The translations under genes and the position numbers were made by a program. A stretch of 57,735 bases of DNA. Origin: a virus (taxonomy: Duplodnaviria > Caudoviricetes). Every line of letters begins with the position of its first letter. Within the stretch, counting starts at the first letter, position 1. The stretch spans positions 1-57,735 of IMG/VR virus record IMGVR_UViG_3300028837_001890; one strand, 5' to 3'. Positions 35,703-46,188 of this stretch are shown in pieces. Below the pieces are notes generated by a model. That model was not told the DNA's origin and ran no database searches. It worked only from the letters and a program-made list of their open reading frames with translations.

Positions 35703-37286
35703 CTAAATTCTACTTTTATTTTTACAAAAAGCAGTATTTTCAGTATTTTCTTTTAACTTTTTATGTTCTGCATTTGATAGAATAATAGCCTCTTTTAATT
35801 GTCTATTCTCTTCATTATCTGCCTTTTCTTTTTTATTTAATTTTTTCACTTTTGATAACATTTTCTTCGCAGGCAAATGCAAAAGATTAAAAATAGTAAC
35901 AACAGAACTTTTATATTCTTTTCTTTGTTCTTTTGTCATTGCATGAGGGTTTTTTCCTTTATATATACTTTTTTGTAAATATTGTCGTCGCTTTTTCCTT
36001 TTTTTCTCTGCTCGTAGACTTATAGTGACTTTTACATGAAGTTTTATAGCTGATAAAACGTCGAATACTTTGCCAATAAAGCGTTTAATGGGGTTAGAGC
36101 TGTAAATCCATTCTTTACTACGCTCTTTTATTACAATAGCCTTTGCTTCTACTGGTTCTGCTTTTTTTTCTTCGAATAAGTGTTTGTACTTTTCATGATT
36201 GTGAAACCGTTCTAACTCGTTTAACTCATTATTTAATATTCCTGCTAAAGGAGTGTTTGGGAATTTATTAGTCTTATTGCAATTACGAAAATCCTCAATA
36301 ATCTTTGAATGCGTTTTCTTAATACTCTTTTTATTATTCTTATACTTAACTTTTATATAGTTTCGTATTTTCTTTCTGTAAAAAACCATACTTTCATTAT
36401 CACATTCTTTGTTTGGATTATATTTTATGCACAAATCGCCAAATATTAAAATTTTTGCTAGCTCGTTTTTCCCATATTTTGAAGCCATAGTCTCTGCTAT
36501 ACTTTCTATAAACTCATAATTTTTAAAATCAAATGCAAGTTTAAATAATGATCTTATGTTATCTGACTTATTTTTTGCAATAACTTCTTTTGCAATAACT
36601 TCTTTTGTATCCTTTTCTTTTGTATCCTTTGCGAATTTTTGATGACAAATGACTCTCCATTGTAGAATATTTCGACCATAACAATCCTCTTTTAAACCTT
36701 TTCTGTCTTTTACATCAGAAGCCAAAAAATTATTTTTAATAACTTTCTCATAAAATACTTTTAATGTAAATTTCTGTCTATATTCTACAAAACTCTTAAT
36801 AGTGCTATCTAATTCTTTTATAGCTCCTTTCCCGTAAATTTCTTTGAGCGTTTCTACATCATTCTTAATATTCTTCAGTGATTTTACACGCCAATTCTGT
36901 TTAAAATCACGTTTAAATTCATAGGCACGCCGTCTATACTTCTTATTGGGGTTTTTTAAATTAACTACAATTACTTCTTTATAAAATCTTATCAATACAT
37001 AGTTCAAAGCACTATAATTAGTGTTTTTAAAAAATTTTATGAGTGGACTTAGATAATAATACATAAGGTAATCAGATAAGACTCTATCACCACCATAAAA
37101 AATATCCTTAAGCACTTTTACAGCTTTATTTTTTATGTAATTATCAATAATGCCTTGTGCTATGGACTGAAGTTCACCAGTACTTTCGGCCAGAGAATTC
37201 AGCTTTGTAGGAGAAAGATATTTAAATATCTCTTCAGTTACGATTTCAGACGGCAACGCTGGAGTGTCTGTTGTTTCTAATTCCAT
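35703..37286 (-). CDS. large basic protein with N-terminal F-box-like motif
   Basis: ALPSEIVTEEIFKYLSPTKLNSLAESTGELQSIA fits LPxEIxxxIFxYL. Confidence 0.6.
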   Translation of the reverse strand: MELETTDTPALPSEIVTEEIFKYLSPTKLNSLAESTGELQSIAQGIIDNYIKNKAVKVLKDIFYGGDRVLSDYLMYYYLSPLIKFFKNTNYSALNYVLIRFYKEVIVVNLKNPNKKYRRRAYEFKRDFKQNWRVKSLKNIKNDVETLKEIYGKGAIKELDSTIKSFVEYRQKFTLKVFYEKVIKNNFLASDVKDRKGLKEDCYGRNILQWRVICHQKFAKDTKEKDTKEVIAKEVIAKNKSDNIRSLFKLAFDFKNYEFIESIAETMASKYGKNELAKILIFGDLCIKYNPNKECDNESMVFYRKKIRNYIKVKYKNNKKSIKKTHSKIIEDFRNCNKTNKFPNTPLAGILNNELNELERFHNHEKYKHLFEEKKAEPVEAKAIVIKERSKEWIYSSNPIKRFIGKVFDVLSAIKLHVKVTISLRAEKKRKKRRQYLQKSIYKGKNPHAMTKEQRKEYKSSVVTIFNLLHLPAKKMLSKVKKLNKKEKADNEENRQLKEAIILSNAEHKKLKENTENTAFCKNKSRI

Positions 37287-37308
37287 ATTAACGTCCTCTA
37301 AGTAAAAG

Positions 37309-37385
37309 TGGAAGCGAGGGTGGGATTTGAACCCACAACTGCTAGGTTATGAGTCTAGCTATCTACCAGGTTGATATACCTCGCT
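37309..37385 (-). tRNA. tRNA-Met(CAT), fMet-like scaffold
   Basis: CTAGA-CT CAT AA-CCTAG; TTCAAAT; acceptor AGCGAGG/CCTCGCT; CCA. Confidence 0.85.
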
Positions 37386-37397
37386 ATATAATTTGTT

Positions 37398-37634
37398 TTA
37401 AGTTAATAAATCTATATATTCGCTTAATTCACATATAAGTTCTTCGCAAAAATCGTGTACTTCTGATATTTCATTTTCGTACTTTACTTTTTGTCGGCAT
37501 CTATCATAAATATTGCGTATTGCAAAGTATAAATCGTTACTTTTAATCATTAATTCAAAATCATTTTTAGCATCTATGTCATTTAAATCAAAAGTTAAAG
37601 TTGCTATTTTAGACGATTGTATATTCTGTGTCAT
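37398..37634 (-). CDS. small phage protein
   Basis: GAGG RBS; ATLTFDLND. Confidence 0.65.
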   Translation of the reverse strand: MTQNIQSSKIATLTFDLNDIDAKNDFELMIKSNDLYFAIRNIYDRCRQKVKYENEISEVHDFCEELICELSEYIDLLT

Positions 37635-37692
37635 AGTTAATACCCTCTTAGTAATATGCTTAGTTTAATACAAAAAATATTAAAATTCTTAA

Positions 37693-37980
37693 TTATATTA
37701 TAAAACCGTGTTTTTTCATTTTATTTCTTACAGTAACTTTACCTAAACCGAGTATTTTAGCTACTTTTGTTTGATTTCCAGCGCTTATATATATAACAGC
37801 TTTTAATAAAGGTTTTTCTATTTCATTTATTAATTTATCGTATAAATTTGTGATTGTAGTAGGATCGTCAATTTTTTCAAAAAAGCATTGAAGAGATTCT
37901 TTAACAGCTGTAGTTAAAGGTATATTATGAATATTACGGAATTTTAAGTTTTCAGTTATGGTTTTTTGTGTATTATTCAT
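37693..37980 (-). CDS. fis: Fis-like nucleoid protein
   Basis: PLTTAVKESL..FF...NLYDKLINEIEKPLL...GNQTKVAKILG aligns with Fis. Confidence 0.88.
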   Translation of the reverse strand: MNNTQKTITENLKFRNIHNIPLTTAVKESLQCFFEKIDDPTTITNLYDKLINEIEKPLLKAVIYISAGNQTKVAKILGLGKVTVRNKMKKHGFII

Positions 37981-38010
37981 ATTAATAATCTATTTTTTTA
38001 ATTAAGATGC

Positions 38011-38039
38011 AGTATATAGCAGTTTATTTTAACTGTCAA
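38011..38039 (-). promoter_or_regulatory. sigma70 promoter for fis-like gene
   Basis: TTGACA-17-TATACT. Confidence 0.75.
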
Positions 38040-38190
38040 GTATTTATTTTATTTAGTTTGACTTTTAATATTTAGTTTTATATCATTTAAAATGATTCAA
38101 TAATAAATTGTTTCTCTTTTTATCAGAGTAACTAACTAGTTTAGTTACTCTGATTTTAATAATAAGTTAAAAAGTATTAGTACAGGGTCG

Positions 38191-38664
38191 ATGATGTTTG
38201 AGTTTTTTGAATTAATAAATTTGGATAAAAATTACAATAAACTTACCCGAGTGCAGAAAGATTTTTGTTTGTATATAGCCAAACAGTTAATCATTAAACC
38301 ACAAACGCTTTTAAAAGATGTTAATGTCTTAAAAAAAGTTATAGCAACAGGTTTATTATCTGTAAGACAAAATTTAAAAAATAAAGAAAATACATTTATC
38401 TCTGGACAAGAAGCGATAAAAATTAATTTAAAAAATAAATATTTAGATTCTATAGAAATTAAATACGGCTTTAGTTATAAATATTGGGCGTTTCTTAACT
38501 TTTTTATGATTAATTTGAACGATGGTTTTAGTATTCCGATAGATCATAAAAACGCTAAACTTTTAATTACAGACTTTCTTCTTAAAAATATTTCACAACT
38601 GCCTAAAGATAAAACATCAAAGGAATTATATAATAAAGCCCCTAATTTTATTAAAAATGATTAG
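38191..38664 (+). CDS. hypothetical protein
   Basis: 157-aa ORF; 14-bp stem in leader (about 38122-38154). Confidence 0.6.
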   Translation: MMFEFFELINLDKNYNKLTRVQKDFCLYIAKQLIIKPQTLLKDVNVLKKVIATGLLSVRQNLKNKENTFISGQEAIKINLKNKYLDSIEIKYGFSYKYWAFLNFFMINLNDGFSIPIDHKNAKLLITDFLLKNISQLPKDKTSKELYNKAPNFIKND

Positions 38665-38687
38665 AGGCTTTATTACAAATAAGTAAA

Positions 38688-39284
38688 TTAACTTAAATGA
38701 TATGCGACTTCTAAATTAATTAAATCATTTATACTATCTAATTCAGTTATTTCTTTGTTTAAAGATAAATGAGTATAACGTCCTCTAATAGTTACATTAT
38801 CAAGATTAAGTTGCACTCCAGCACCATAGTTTAAACAAACTGTTCTAAAATGAGAAATATTTACACTATTAGTATAGTTATATTCTTGGTCTATTGTTAT
38901 ATAACTAATACCACCATTAGCGAAAATATCTAAATAAGAAGCGATAGACATAATCATATAAGCATCATAGTAAGCATGATATGTGTTTTTATTTTTAATT
39001 ATTGTATTACTATTTTTCCACTCTGATTTTGCTAGTTGTTGAATTCCTAATTCATGTGCGAAGTTTTTATTTAAACGCTGTCCTGCAAATAAATTATAGC
39101 CCATATATTCTTTATCTAGTTTAAAACTCATATTATTTTCTGAGTTTTTTTGAATAGCGTTATAATTAACACCTGCTCCTATATAATTACCAGTTGGTTT
39201 CTTAGTAAGTGGATGGGCATAAGCTATAGAGCTTAAAACAATAGCACCACAGGCTGTTAAAGCGCACATTAGTTTTTTATTCAT
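38688..39284 (-). CDS. outer-membrane beta-barrel (OmpA-TM/Ail-like)
   Basis: signal peptide ending AYA; YIGAGV, GQRLNKNFAHELG, NYGAGVQL, C-terminal LEVAYH. Confidence 0.85.
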   Translation of the reverse strand: MNKKLMCALTACGAIVLSSIAYAHPLTKKPTGNYIGAGVNYNAIQKNSENNMSFKLDKEYMGYNLFAGQRLNKNFAHELGIQQLAKSEWKNSNTIIKNKNTYHAYYDAYMIMSIASYLDIFANGGISYITIDQEYNYTNSVNISHFRTVCLNYGAGVQLNLDNVTIRGRYTHLSLNKEITELDSINDLINLEVAYHLS

Positions 39285-39551
39285 AATAATACCTCTTAAA
39301 AAATTAATAATTGTAAGAATTGAATATTATACTTGAAAATAAAATTTTGTAAAACTTTTTAATTTTGTATATAAAGTGCGGGATAAACTATAAAAATAAT
39401 TTATCCCGCAATAGGAGATTCAAAAATTGAACTTTTGAATTGGTTACAAGAACCAATTAAACATTATATAGTATTATTTCTTTTTTTCTAGTGTTTTTTG
39501 TAGTATTTTATTATTTTATTATTTATTTAAATTTTTAAGTGGGTTAAAACT

Positions 39552-40370
39552 ATGACAGAGTCTCAAGACGTTTCTATTATTTACGACGATGCTTCCTCTA
39601 AGCAGCAAAGTTTTAAAAGTATAATTAGTCAATTTGAAAAACTTACTGCGTCAAAAACAACTAAAAACGAAGATAATTATAGTGTTTTTACTGATACTGC
39701 TATTAAAAGAGCTGCATTGTATTTAGAGTTTTGTAATTTTTTAAAAGAAGGTAACAAAAGAAGTAATTTTATTACGTGTAATCCGTCAATTATTTATTAT
39801 ATGATAAAAGCATACTATTTAGATAGACCAGAAGATGAGCGAGAAAAAGTTTTATCTCCTGAATATATGGTAAATGCTATAAGATTAGGAGAAGAAAAAT
39901 TACGTGATAAAAGAGCGCATATTTACAAGAGATATTGTGATCATTTAGAATTAATAAGAACTAAAACTAGTTTTTTTGAGGTTCATTATACAAAAGTAGA
40001 AAAATGGATGGATATGTATTGGACACGGCAACCGGACGATAAAAAAGATATTCGTTTTAATCCTGATTATTTACAATTAGCGTTAAGTAAAGCTTTATAC
40101 AAATTAGAGGAGTATGGAGTAGATGGTATAGATCAACAGAATAAAAAAGATTTTAATTTTTGGAAAATGCATATTCTGCATTATTCAGAGTCTATTGCGA
40201 AAGGCACTGCTGCATGGTATACAGATAAACATAAAGTTGAAACTAATCAGAATACAAGCGTTGTAAAAGATAGACTTGATAAATTAGACCTTAAAGATTT
40301 AATTGAACTTGAAAATAAATTAAATGCTGTAGCCTTAGATCATCAAAGTGATGAGACGTTAAATGACTGA
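39552..40370 (+). CDS. putative terminase small subunit
   Basis: position directly upstream of and overlapping TerL; WYTDKHKVE-type C-terminus. Confidence 0.5.
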   Translation: MTESQDVSIIYDDASSKQQSFKSIISQFEKLTASKTTKNEDNYSVFTDTAIKRAALYLEFCNFLKEGNKRSNFITCNPSIIYYMIKAYYLDRPEDEREKVLSPEYMVNAIRLGEEKLRDKRAHIYKRYCDHLELIRTKTSFFEVHYTKVEKWMDMYWTRQPDDKKDIRFNPDYLQLALSKALYKLEEYGVDGIDQQNKKDFNFWKMHILHYSESIAKGTAAWYTDKHKVETNQNTSVVKDRLDKLDLKDLIELENKLNAVALDHQSDETLND

Positions 40371-41814
40371 AATTCTTAGTATTACTGATAAACAGACATC
40401 ACGCGATTGTGAAAGATCTTTATTCCCATTAATTAGACAAAAAAGCTTGTATCATTTTGTTAAAACCTTTTGGAGTATTATAAATAGTACTACATTTGTA
40501 GACGAATGGTATATACAAGCTATCTGTGAACATTTAGAAGCTGTAAAAAAAAGAGACATTAAAAAGTTAGTTATTAATATTCCCCCAGGAGTCGGTAAAT
40601 CAATGTTATGCAGTGTTTATTTTCCTGTATGGTGTTGGTTAACACAGCCTAACTTAAAATTTTTAACTGGCGCTAATTCAGAAACGTTAGCTATACGTGA
40701 TACTACTAGATCACGTACTTTGATACAACATCCGGATATTACCAAGTATTGGGGGGATAAAATACGTTTACTTACTGATGAAAATCAAAAAAAATATTAT
40801 AAAAATGTTAGTAAAGGAGAAAGACATATTTTTACTACCGCTGGTAAAATAACAGGATGGCGGGCGGATCATATTATTGTTGATGATCCTATGGATAAAT
40901 CGGACGCTGAATCTAAAACTAAAACAGCAAGAATAAATGACGTTGTGTTTGATTCTTTAATGACTCGTTTAGACCCTAATGCTACTCTTACTATAGTAAT
41001 GCAGCGTTTAAGTGTAAACGACTGTACTGGATATGCTTTGAAACGAGAAGGGTGGGAGTATCTATGTTTACCTTTGGAATATGATTTAGATTTAAAATGT
41101 AAAACATCTATTTTTGTTGATCCTAGAAAAAAGGAAGGAGAAGTTTTAACTAGCCGTAAAGACCCAGTTCAAATTAAAAAAGATTTATACAAAGAAGGAG
41201 CTGCTTTACATTCTTATGATACTCAGTATCAACAGCATCCTTCTATTAAAGAAGGCGGTATTATTAAAATTTCTTATATTAAATTTTATGAGGGAGAACC
41301 AAAAGGAGAAAAATTATTTTCTTGTTGGGCTTGGGATACAGCGTCTAAAAAAGGAGAACGTAATGATTATTGTGTAGGGGTTTATATTATAGCTACTACT
41401 AAAGGTTATTTTTTAGATCGGTTATGGCGTAAAAAAGTATTTTTTCCTAAACTTAAAAAAACAGTTAAAGATTTATATGAGGAATATCCGACAGATGCTA
41501 TTTATATTGAAGATAAATCATCTGGACAGCAGTTAGTTCAAGCTTTAAATGATTCTAGTAATTATTTGCCTGTAATAGCAGTAATGCCTGGTAAAGATAT
41601 TCCGTCTTCAAAAGAAGCTCGTTTAGATTCTATATCTACAAGATTTGAAGCGGAAAAAGTATTTTTAAAAAAAGGCGATTGGAATAGAGAGGTTATTTTA
41701 GAATTGATACAATTTCCTAAGGCAAAACATGATGATATAGTAGATGCTATTAGTTTAGGAATGTGTAAAATGATTAAATTTAATAGCTCTCAACCACGAT
41801 TTCGAATTCTTTAA
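40363..41814 (+). CDS. terL: terminase large subunit
   Basis: INIPPGVGKS, IIVDDP, VMQRL, YQQHP, WDTA, IEDKSSG, HDDIVDA. Confidence 0.96.
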   Translation: MTEILSITDKQTSRDCERSLFPLIRQKSLYHFVKTFWSIINSTTFVDEWYIQAICEHLEAVKKRDIKKLVINIPPGVGKSMLCSVYFPVWCWLTQPNLKFLTGANSETLAIRDTTRSRTLIQHPDITKYWGDKIRLLTDENQKKYYKNVSKGERHIFTTAGKITGWRADHIIVDDPMDKSDAESKTKTARINDVVFDSLMTRLDPNATLTIVMQRLSVNDCTGYALKREGWEYLCLPLEYDLDLKCKTSIFVDPRKKEGEVLTSRKDPVQIKKDLYKEGAALHSYDTQYQQHPSIKEGGIIKISYIKFYEGEPKGEKLFSCWAWDTASKKGERNDYCVGVYIIATTKGYFLDRLWRKKVFFPKLKKTVKDLYEEYPTDAIYIEDKSSGQQLVQALNDSSNYLPVIAVMPGKDIPSSKEARLDSISTRFEAEKVFLKKGDWNREVILELIQFPKAKHDDIVDAISLGMCKMIKFNSSQPRFRIL

Positions 41815-41829
41815 TTAGGTTAAAATATT

Positions 41830-43218
41830 ATGAAATTATTTAATAAGTTAAATTTTCTTAGAAAAGAAAAGAAAAAAAGTGCTACTGCTTTAGTAGCACA
41901 TTCAGGCACACCGCTTATAGCCCGTGAATTTTATACTGATCAATTAAATCCGTCGTTTGTTAATTTTTTACTTAATAGAGGAAGTGTTGATTTAGCTATA
42001 TTTCAGGCTTTAAGCTATTATAAAATCTGCGCTCCAATTTACATTAGTATTAATAAATTAATAAAGGAAATAAAAAATATTCAGCCTTTTTTAAAAGATA
42101 GAGTTACAAGAGATTTTGTAGACGATCATGAAATTTTAGATTTTTTAGCTGACCCAAATAACAGACAAAATTACATGGATTTTATAAATGAATTTTGTGT
42201 TTTTCTGTTTATAACAGGTAATAATTATGTAATTACACCTATTAGCAGGTTAGATAAAAAACCTTTAAGTATTTTTAATTTACAACCCCAAAATGTTAAC
42301 TCGGTAATTGGAACTGATGGGTATATAAATAGATATATTTATACTGCAAATAACACAGCTATTACTTTTGTGAGAGATAGAAATTTTAATTATATCTCTG
42401 AAGACGGTAAATTTCAGTTATATCATTTAAAGATATTTAATCCTACAAATAATAATAATACAGGTTTATCTTTATTAAATGCTGTTTGGTATGAGATTGA
42501 AATGTATATTACAGGTAATACTCATAATTTATCTTTATTAGAAAGACGGGGTAATATACCAGGTGTTTTTTCTACAAATACAAATGAGAGGTTGTCTGAA
42601 GAACAATTTATGAGATTAAAAGAACAGATTCAAATGTATTATGGAAATGCTATGAATGCTGGAAAGTCTCTTTTAGTTGATGGCGATTTAAAATATGATC
42701 AATTAGGCGGTAGCTCTAATAAAGACATGGATTATATAAAATTAAGAGGTAAAATTGAAACAAGTATTTATAATATTTTCGATATTCCTCTACCATTAAT
42801 AAGTCCTGATAGAATGACATTATCCAATATGGATAGTGCTAAACTTAGTTTATATGATAATGCAGTTTTACCATGGGCTTCAGTTATTTTCTCTTATTTA
42901 TCTGATATATTAGTACCTAAATTTGAAGGAAAAGATAGTAAACTGAATATAACTTTTAATGAAGGTACTATTACAGCGTTAGAGCCTAGACGTAATGCTA
43001 AACTTAAAGTGTTACAAAGTTCTTACATCCTTAAAGATAATGAATTACGTCAGATTATGGGTTATGTACCTGTAGAAGAAGGGGATGCTATATATAAACC
43101 TCTTAATACAGCGCCTTCGAATGAGGGGTTAGATACAGACGAAGAAGAAGATAATCAGTCAGAAATATCAGATAATAATTTAATTACTGACGAATCCGAA
43201 GAAGATGAAAAAGAATAA
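41830..43218 (+). CDS. portal protein, HK97 family
   Basis: PNNRQ..F..LFITGNNY, GLSLL, IYNIFDIP, NELRQIMGY; synteny. Confidence 0.93.
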   Translation: MKLFNKLNFLRKEKKKSATALVAHSGTPLIAREFYTDQLNPSFVNFLLNRGSVDLAIFQALSYYKICAPIYISINKLIKEIKNIQPFLKDRVTRDFVDDHEILDFLADPNNRQNYMDFINEFCVFLFITGNNYVITPISRLDKKPLSIFNLQPQNVNSVIGTDGYINRYIYTANNTAITFVRDRNFNYISEDGKFQLYHLKIFNPTNNNNTGLSLLNAVWYEIEMYITGNTHNLSLLERRGNIPGVFSTNTNERLSEEQFMRLKEQIQMYYGNAMNAGKSLLVDGDLKYDQLGGSSNKDMDYIKLRGKIETSIYNIFDIPLPLISPDRMTLSNMDSAKLSLYDNAVLPWASVIFSYLSDILVPKFEGKDSKLNITFNEGTITALEPRRNAKLKVLQSSYILKDNELRQIMGYVPVEEGDAIYKPLNTAPSNEGLDTDEEEDNQSEISDNNLITDESEEDEKE

Positions 43219-43345
43219 TTATTTACGTTAAATCTCTTTACCACAGCCTTTTTTTAATATAAAGTGCAAAAATAGTTGTATTTATTAATAAATATATTGT
43301 ACCTTTGTAATTATTATGGTATAGACCTAAGGAGGATAAGAATTA

Positions 43346-44869
43346 ATGCCGTTTCCGAATTTTCATACAGCAGTAATTGTTAGTAAAGAACAGTTTGATC
43401 CTAAAACGTTTAGAACTAAACAATTAAGAAAAGGAATAAGTATTATTATAGGGAAATTAAAAAACGGAGAGGGTACAATGGTAACGCATTCTTATCGCTT
43501 TGATAAAAATATTTTTACTGTTAAACAAGCTAAGAAATGGCTTAAACACAATAAAATTAGATATATATCATTTGAACCGGCTAGTGAGAAAACAGATATG
43601 ACACAACTTGAATACAAGTCATTTGATTTTAAAGTATTAGATGTTAAAGAAGAGATACGAAAAAAAGCAGATGGTAAAGAAGAAAATTATGGCGTTATAT
43701 ACGGATATGCTTCTACATTTGGAAATGTAGATCAAGGTGGTGATATAGTAGAAAAAGGTGCTTTTACAGAATCTTTAAAAGAAAATAAAAAACCGTATAT
43801 TAAAATGAAATATCAGCATTCATATCACGATATTATCGGCGGTTTTCCGATTGATTCTATTAAAGAAGATGATAAAGGTTTATTTGTAAAAGGAGAAATT
43901 AATTTAGGAGTGCAAAAAGGTAGAGAAACTTATGCATTAGCCAAACAAGGAGTTTTATCTGATTTTTCTATAGGTTATTTTATTATAAACGCCTCAGAAG
44001 ATTATATTTTACGTGGGGAAGAAAGAATTCCTGTAAAACGTTTAAAAACTATAGATTTGAGAGAAATTAGTGTAGTAGGAGAGCCAATGAATACAGAAGC
44101 TGAATTTACAGAAGTTAAATCAAAGTCTGTTGAAGACGGAGAATTAGATACTAATAATGATTTTAATGATGATGAAATTGAAGGTTTAAATATAGAAGAT
44201 GATAAAGCAGTAAGTGGAGGAAATTTACCTTTAGCTGCTAGAGATATGAAATGGAGTGAAAGAGAAGCTAGAGACAGAGTTAGAAAAAACACTGGCTCTA
44301 CTGATAAGCCATCTGGACGTTATAAAAGAGCTTTCTTTTGGTATGATGCAGAAAATGCTGATAAGTTTTCAGCGTATAAATTTCCATTTGCTGATGTAGT
44401 TGGAGGCCAGTTGAAAGCTATTCCACGTGCTATATTTAATGCTGCTGCAAGATTAAAAAATAGCAATATTCCAGAGGCAGATAAAACAAAAATAATTGCA
44501 AAAATTAATAGATATTATGCAAAAATGAGACGGGAATTTGACGATGACAGTATAGTTAGCCCGTTTGAAAAAAAGAATTTAAAAGAATTATTAGTAGATA
44601 TGAAGAGTATTAATCATTATTTAAAATACCCATATTCATTAACTGATAATGAAAGAAATATTTTTATTTCTAAAATTAAAGAATTTTCTAAGCAACGAGA
44701 CGTTGCAACTAATAACAACGTTGATGCTTCTTCGGCACGAGATGTTTCTGAAGATGAGTCTATCAAAAACATAGGTAATATTATTGTCAAGAAATTAGAC
44801 GATATTATTAATTTAACACAATCGAAGGAGTTTAACCATGCAAGAAATTCAAACACAGATAGAAACTAA
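43346..44869 (+). CDS. HK97-type prohead protease with extra N- and C-terminal domains
   Basis: GYASTFGNVDQGGDIVEKGAF, YQH, FSIGY, LREISVV..PMN. Confidence 0.92.
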   Translation: MPFPNFHTAVIVSKEQFDPKTFRTKQLRKGISIIIGKLKNGEGTMVTHSYRFDKNIFTVKQAKKWLKHNKIRYISFEPASEKTDMTQLEYKSFDFKVLDVKEEIRKKADGKEENYGVIYGYASTFGNVDQGGDIVEKGAFTESLKENKKPYIKMKYQHSYHDIIGGFPIDSIKEDDKGLFVKGEINLGVQKGRETYALAKQGVLSDFSIGYFIINASEDYILRGEERIPVKRLKTIDLREISVVGEPMNTEAEFTEVKSKSVEDGELDTNNDFNDDEIEGLNIEDDKAVSGGNLPLAARDMKWSEREARDRVRKNTGSTDKPSGRYKRAFFWYDAENADKFSAYKFPFADVVGGQLKAIPRAIFNAAARLKNSNIPEADKTKIIAKINRYYAKMRREFDDDSIVSPFEKKNLKELLVDMKSINHYLKYPYSLTDNERNIFISKIKEFSKQRDVATNNNVDASSARDVSEDESIKNIGNIIVKKLDDIINLTQSKEFNHARNSNTDRN

Positions 44870-46157
44870 ATTTGATACGTTAATGAAAGGCATTGTTGCC
44901 GATCAGGAAATAATGAATCGTAACAAATCACGTTTAGACGCTTTAGATCAAATTCAATTTGATAAAATTTCTGAGAATAACGCTAAGAGTTTAGAAGAAA
45001 TTACTCAGTTAAAAGCAAAAATGAAAACGTATGAAGCCGGCATTAAATCTATAGAAAGGTCTATAAGCACCGTCGCTGGCGGTAATGTAACGACTAATAA
45101 TGATATAGAAATGAAATGTAAAGACGAATTTTGTCGTTATATAAGACTCGGCTCTGCAATGTCAGAAGAAACTGTTAAATATGTTAGTAATCATATAATT
45201 AATACTAAAGTATTTGGCTTATCAACTGAAAAAAAGAATCATCTTACCAAAGATTTAGTCGAAGGCAGTAATCCAGCCGGTGGATATTTAGTAAGACCTG
45301 ATGTAGACAAAACAATGACTACTCGGTTTTTTGAAACTTCACCAATGAGAAATTTTGCTACTATTCAGACTACTACATCTAATTCTGTCGAACGTTTAAT
45401 TGATGATGACGAAACAAGCAATGGTGGATGGGTAGGAGAAGTAAGCTCAAGACCAAAAACAAATACACCAACAATAGGAAAACTTCAGATTCCTGTTATG
45501 GAATTATTTGAACAACCAGCTGCTACTCAGCGTATACTTGATGATGTAGCCGATTTAGAAAGTTGGTTAATGGATAAAGTTTTATCTCACATGAGCCGAA
45601 CAGAAAATACTTCATTTATTATAGGAGATGGAAGTCAAAAACCTAAAGGTATTCTTGATTATCCAGCATGGGCAGCAGAAGGTGTTTATGAACGATCTAA
45701 GATAGAACGATCCGTATCTAGTGTTTCTTTATTATTTAGCGGTGATGATCTTATAAAACTTCAAAACTTAGTATTAGAACCTTATCAAGCTAATGCTGTA
45801 TGGTTTCTTAATAGACGCACATGGAGATTTGTAGAACAAGCTAAAGATGGTGTAGGTCGATATTTACTTAATCCTAATCTTTTATATACTGGTGTGGAAC
45901 CATTATTGCTAGGTCATAAAGTTCAATTTATGAGTGATATGCCTACTGTTGATGGAAGCGGTAATTTTGCTGCTGATCAACTAGTTATAGCTTATGGTGA
46001 TTTTAAAGTTGGTTATACGATTTATGATCGACTTGGATTTAGAATCATAAGAGATGACGTTACCAATAAACCATTTATACTTTTTTATACAACTAAAAGA
46101 GTCGGCGGTGATGTAAGCAATTACGAATCATACAAAATTTTACAAATTAAACCTTAA
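44838..46157 (+). CDS. major capsid protein, HK97 fold
   Basis: coiled-coil delta domain; GGYLV, WVGE, GDGSQKPKGIL, LLGHKV, YGDF, KRVGG. Confidence 0.96.
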   Translation: MQEIQTQIETKFDTLMKGIVADQEIMNRNKSRLDALDQIQFDKISENNAKSLEEITQLKAKMKTYEAGIKSIERSISTVAGGNVTTNNDIEMKCKDEFCRYIRLGSAMSEETVKYVSNHIINTKVFGLSTEKKNHLTKDLVEGSNPAGGYLVRPDVDKTMTTRFFETSPMRNFATIQTTTSNSVERLIDDDETSNGGWVGEVSSRPKTNTPTIGKLQIPVMELFEQPAATQRILDDVADLESWLMDKVLSHMSRTENTSFIIGDGSQKPKGILDYPAWAAEGVYERSKIERSVSSVSLLFSGDDLIKLQNLVLEPYQANAVWFLNRRTWRFVEQAKDGVGRYLLNPNLLYTGVEPLLLGHKVQFMSDMPTVDGSGNFAADQLVIAYGDFKVGYTIYDRLGFRIIRDDVTNKPFILFYTTKRVGGDVSNYESYKILQIKP

Positions 46158-46188
46158 ATTTTAAACTTTAATCTAGGAGGATTATATT

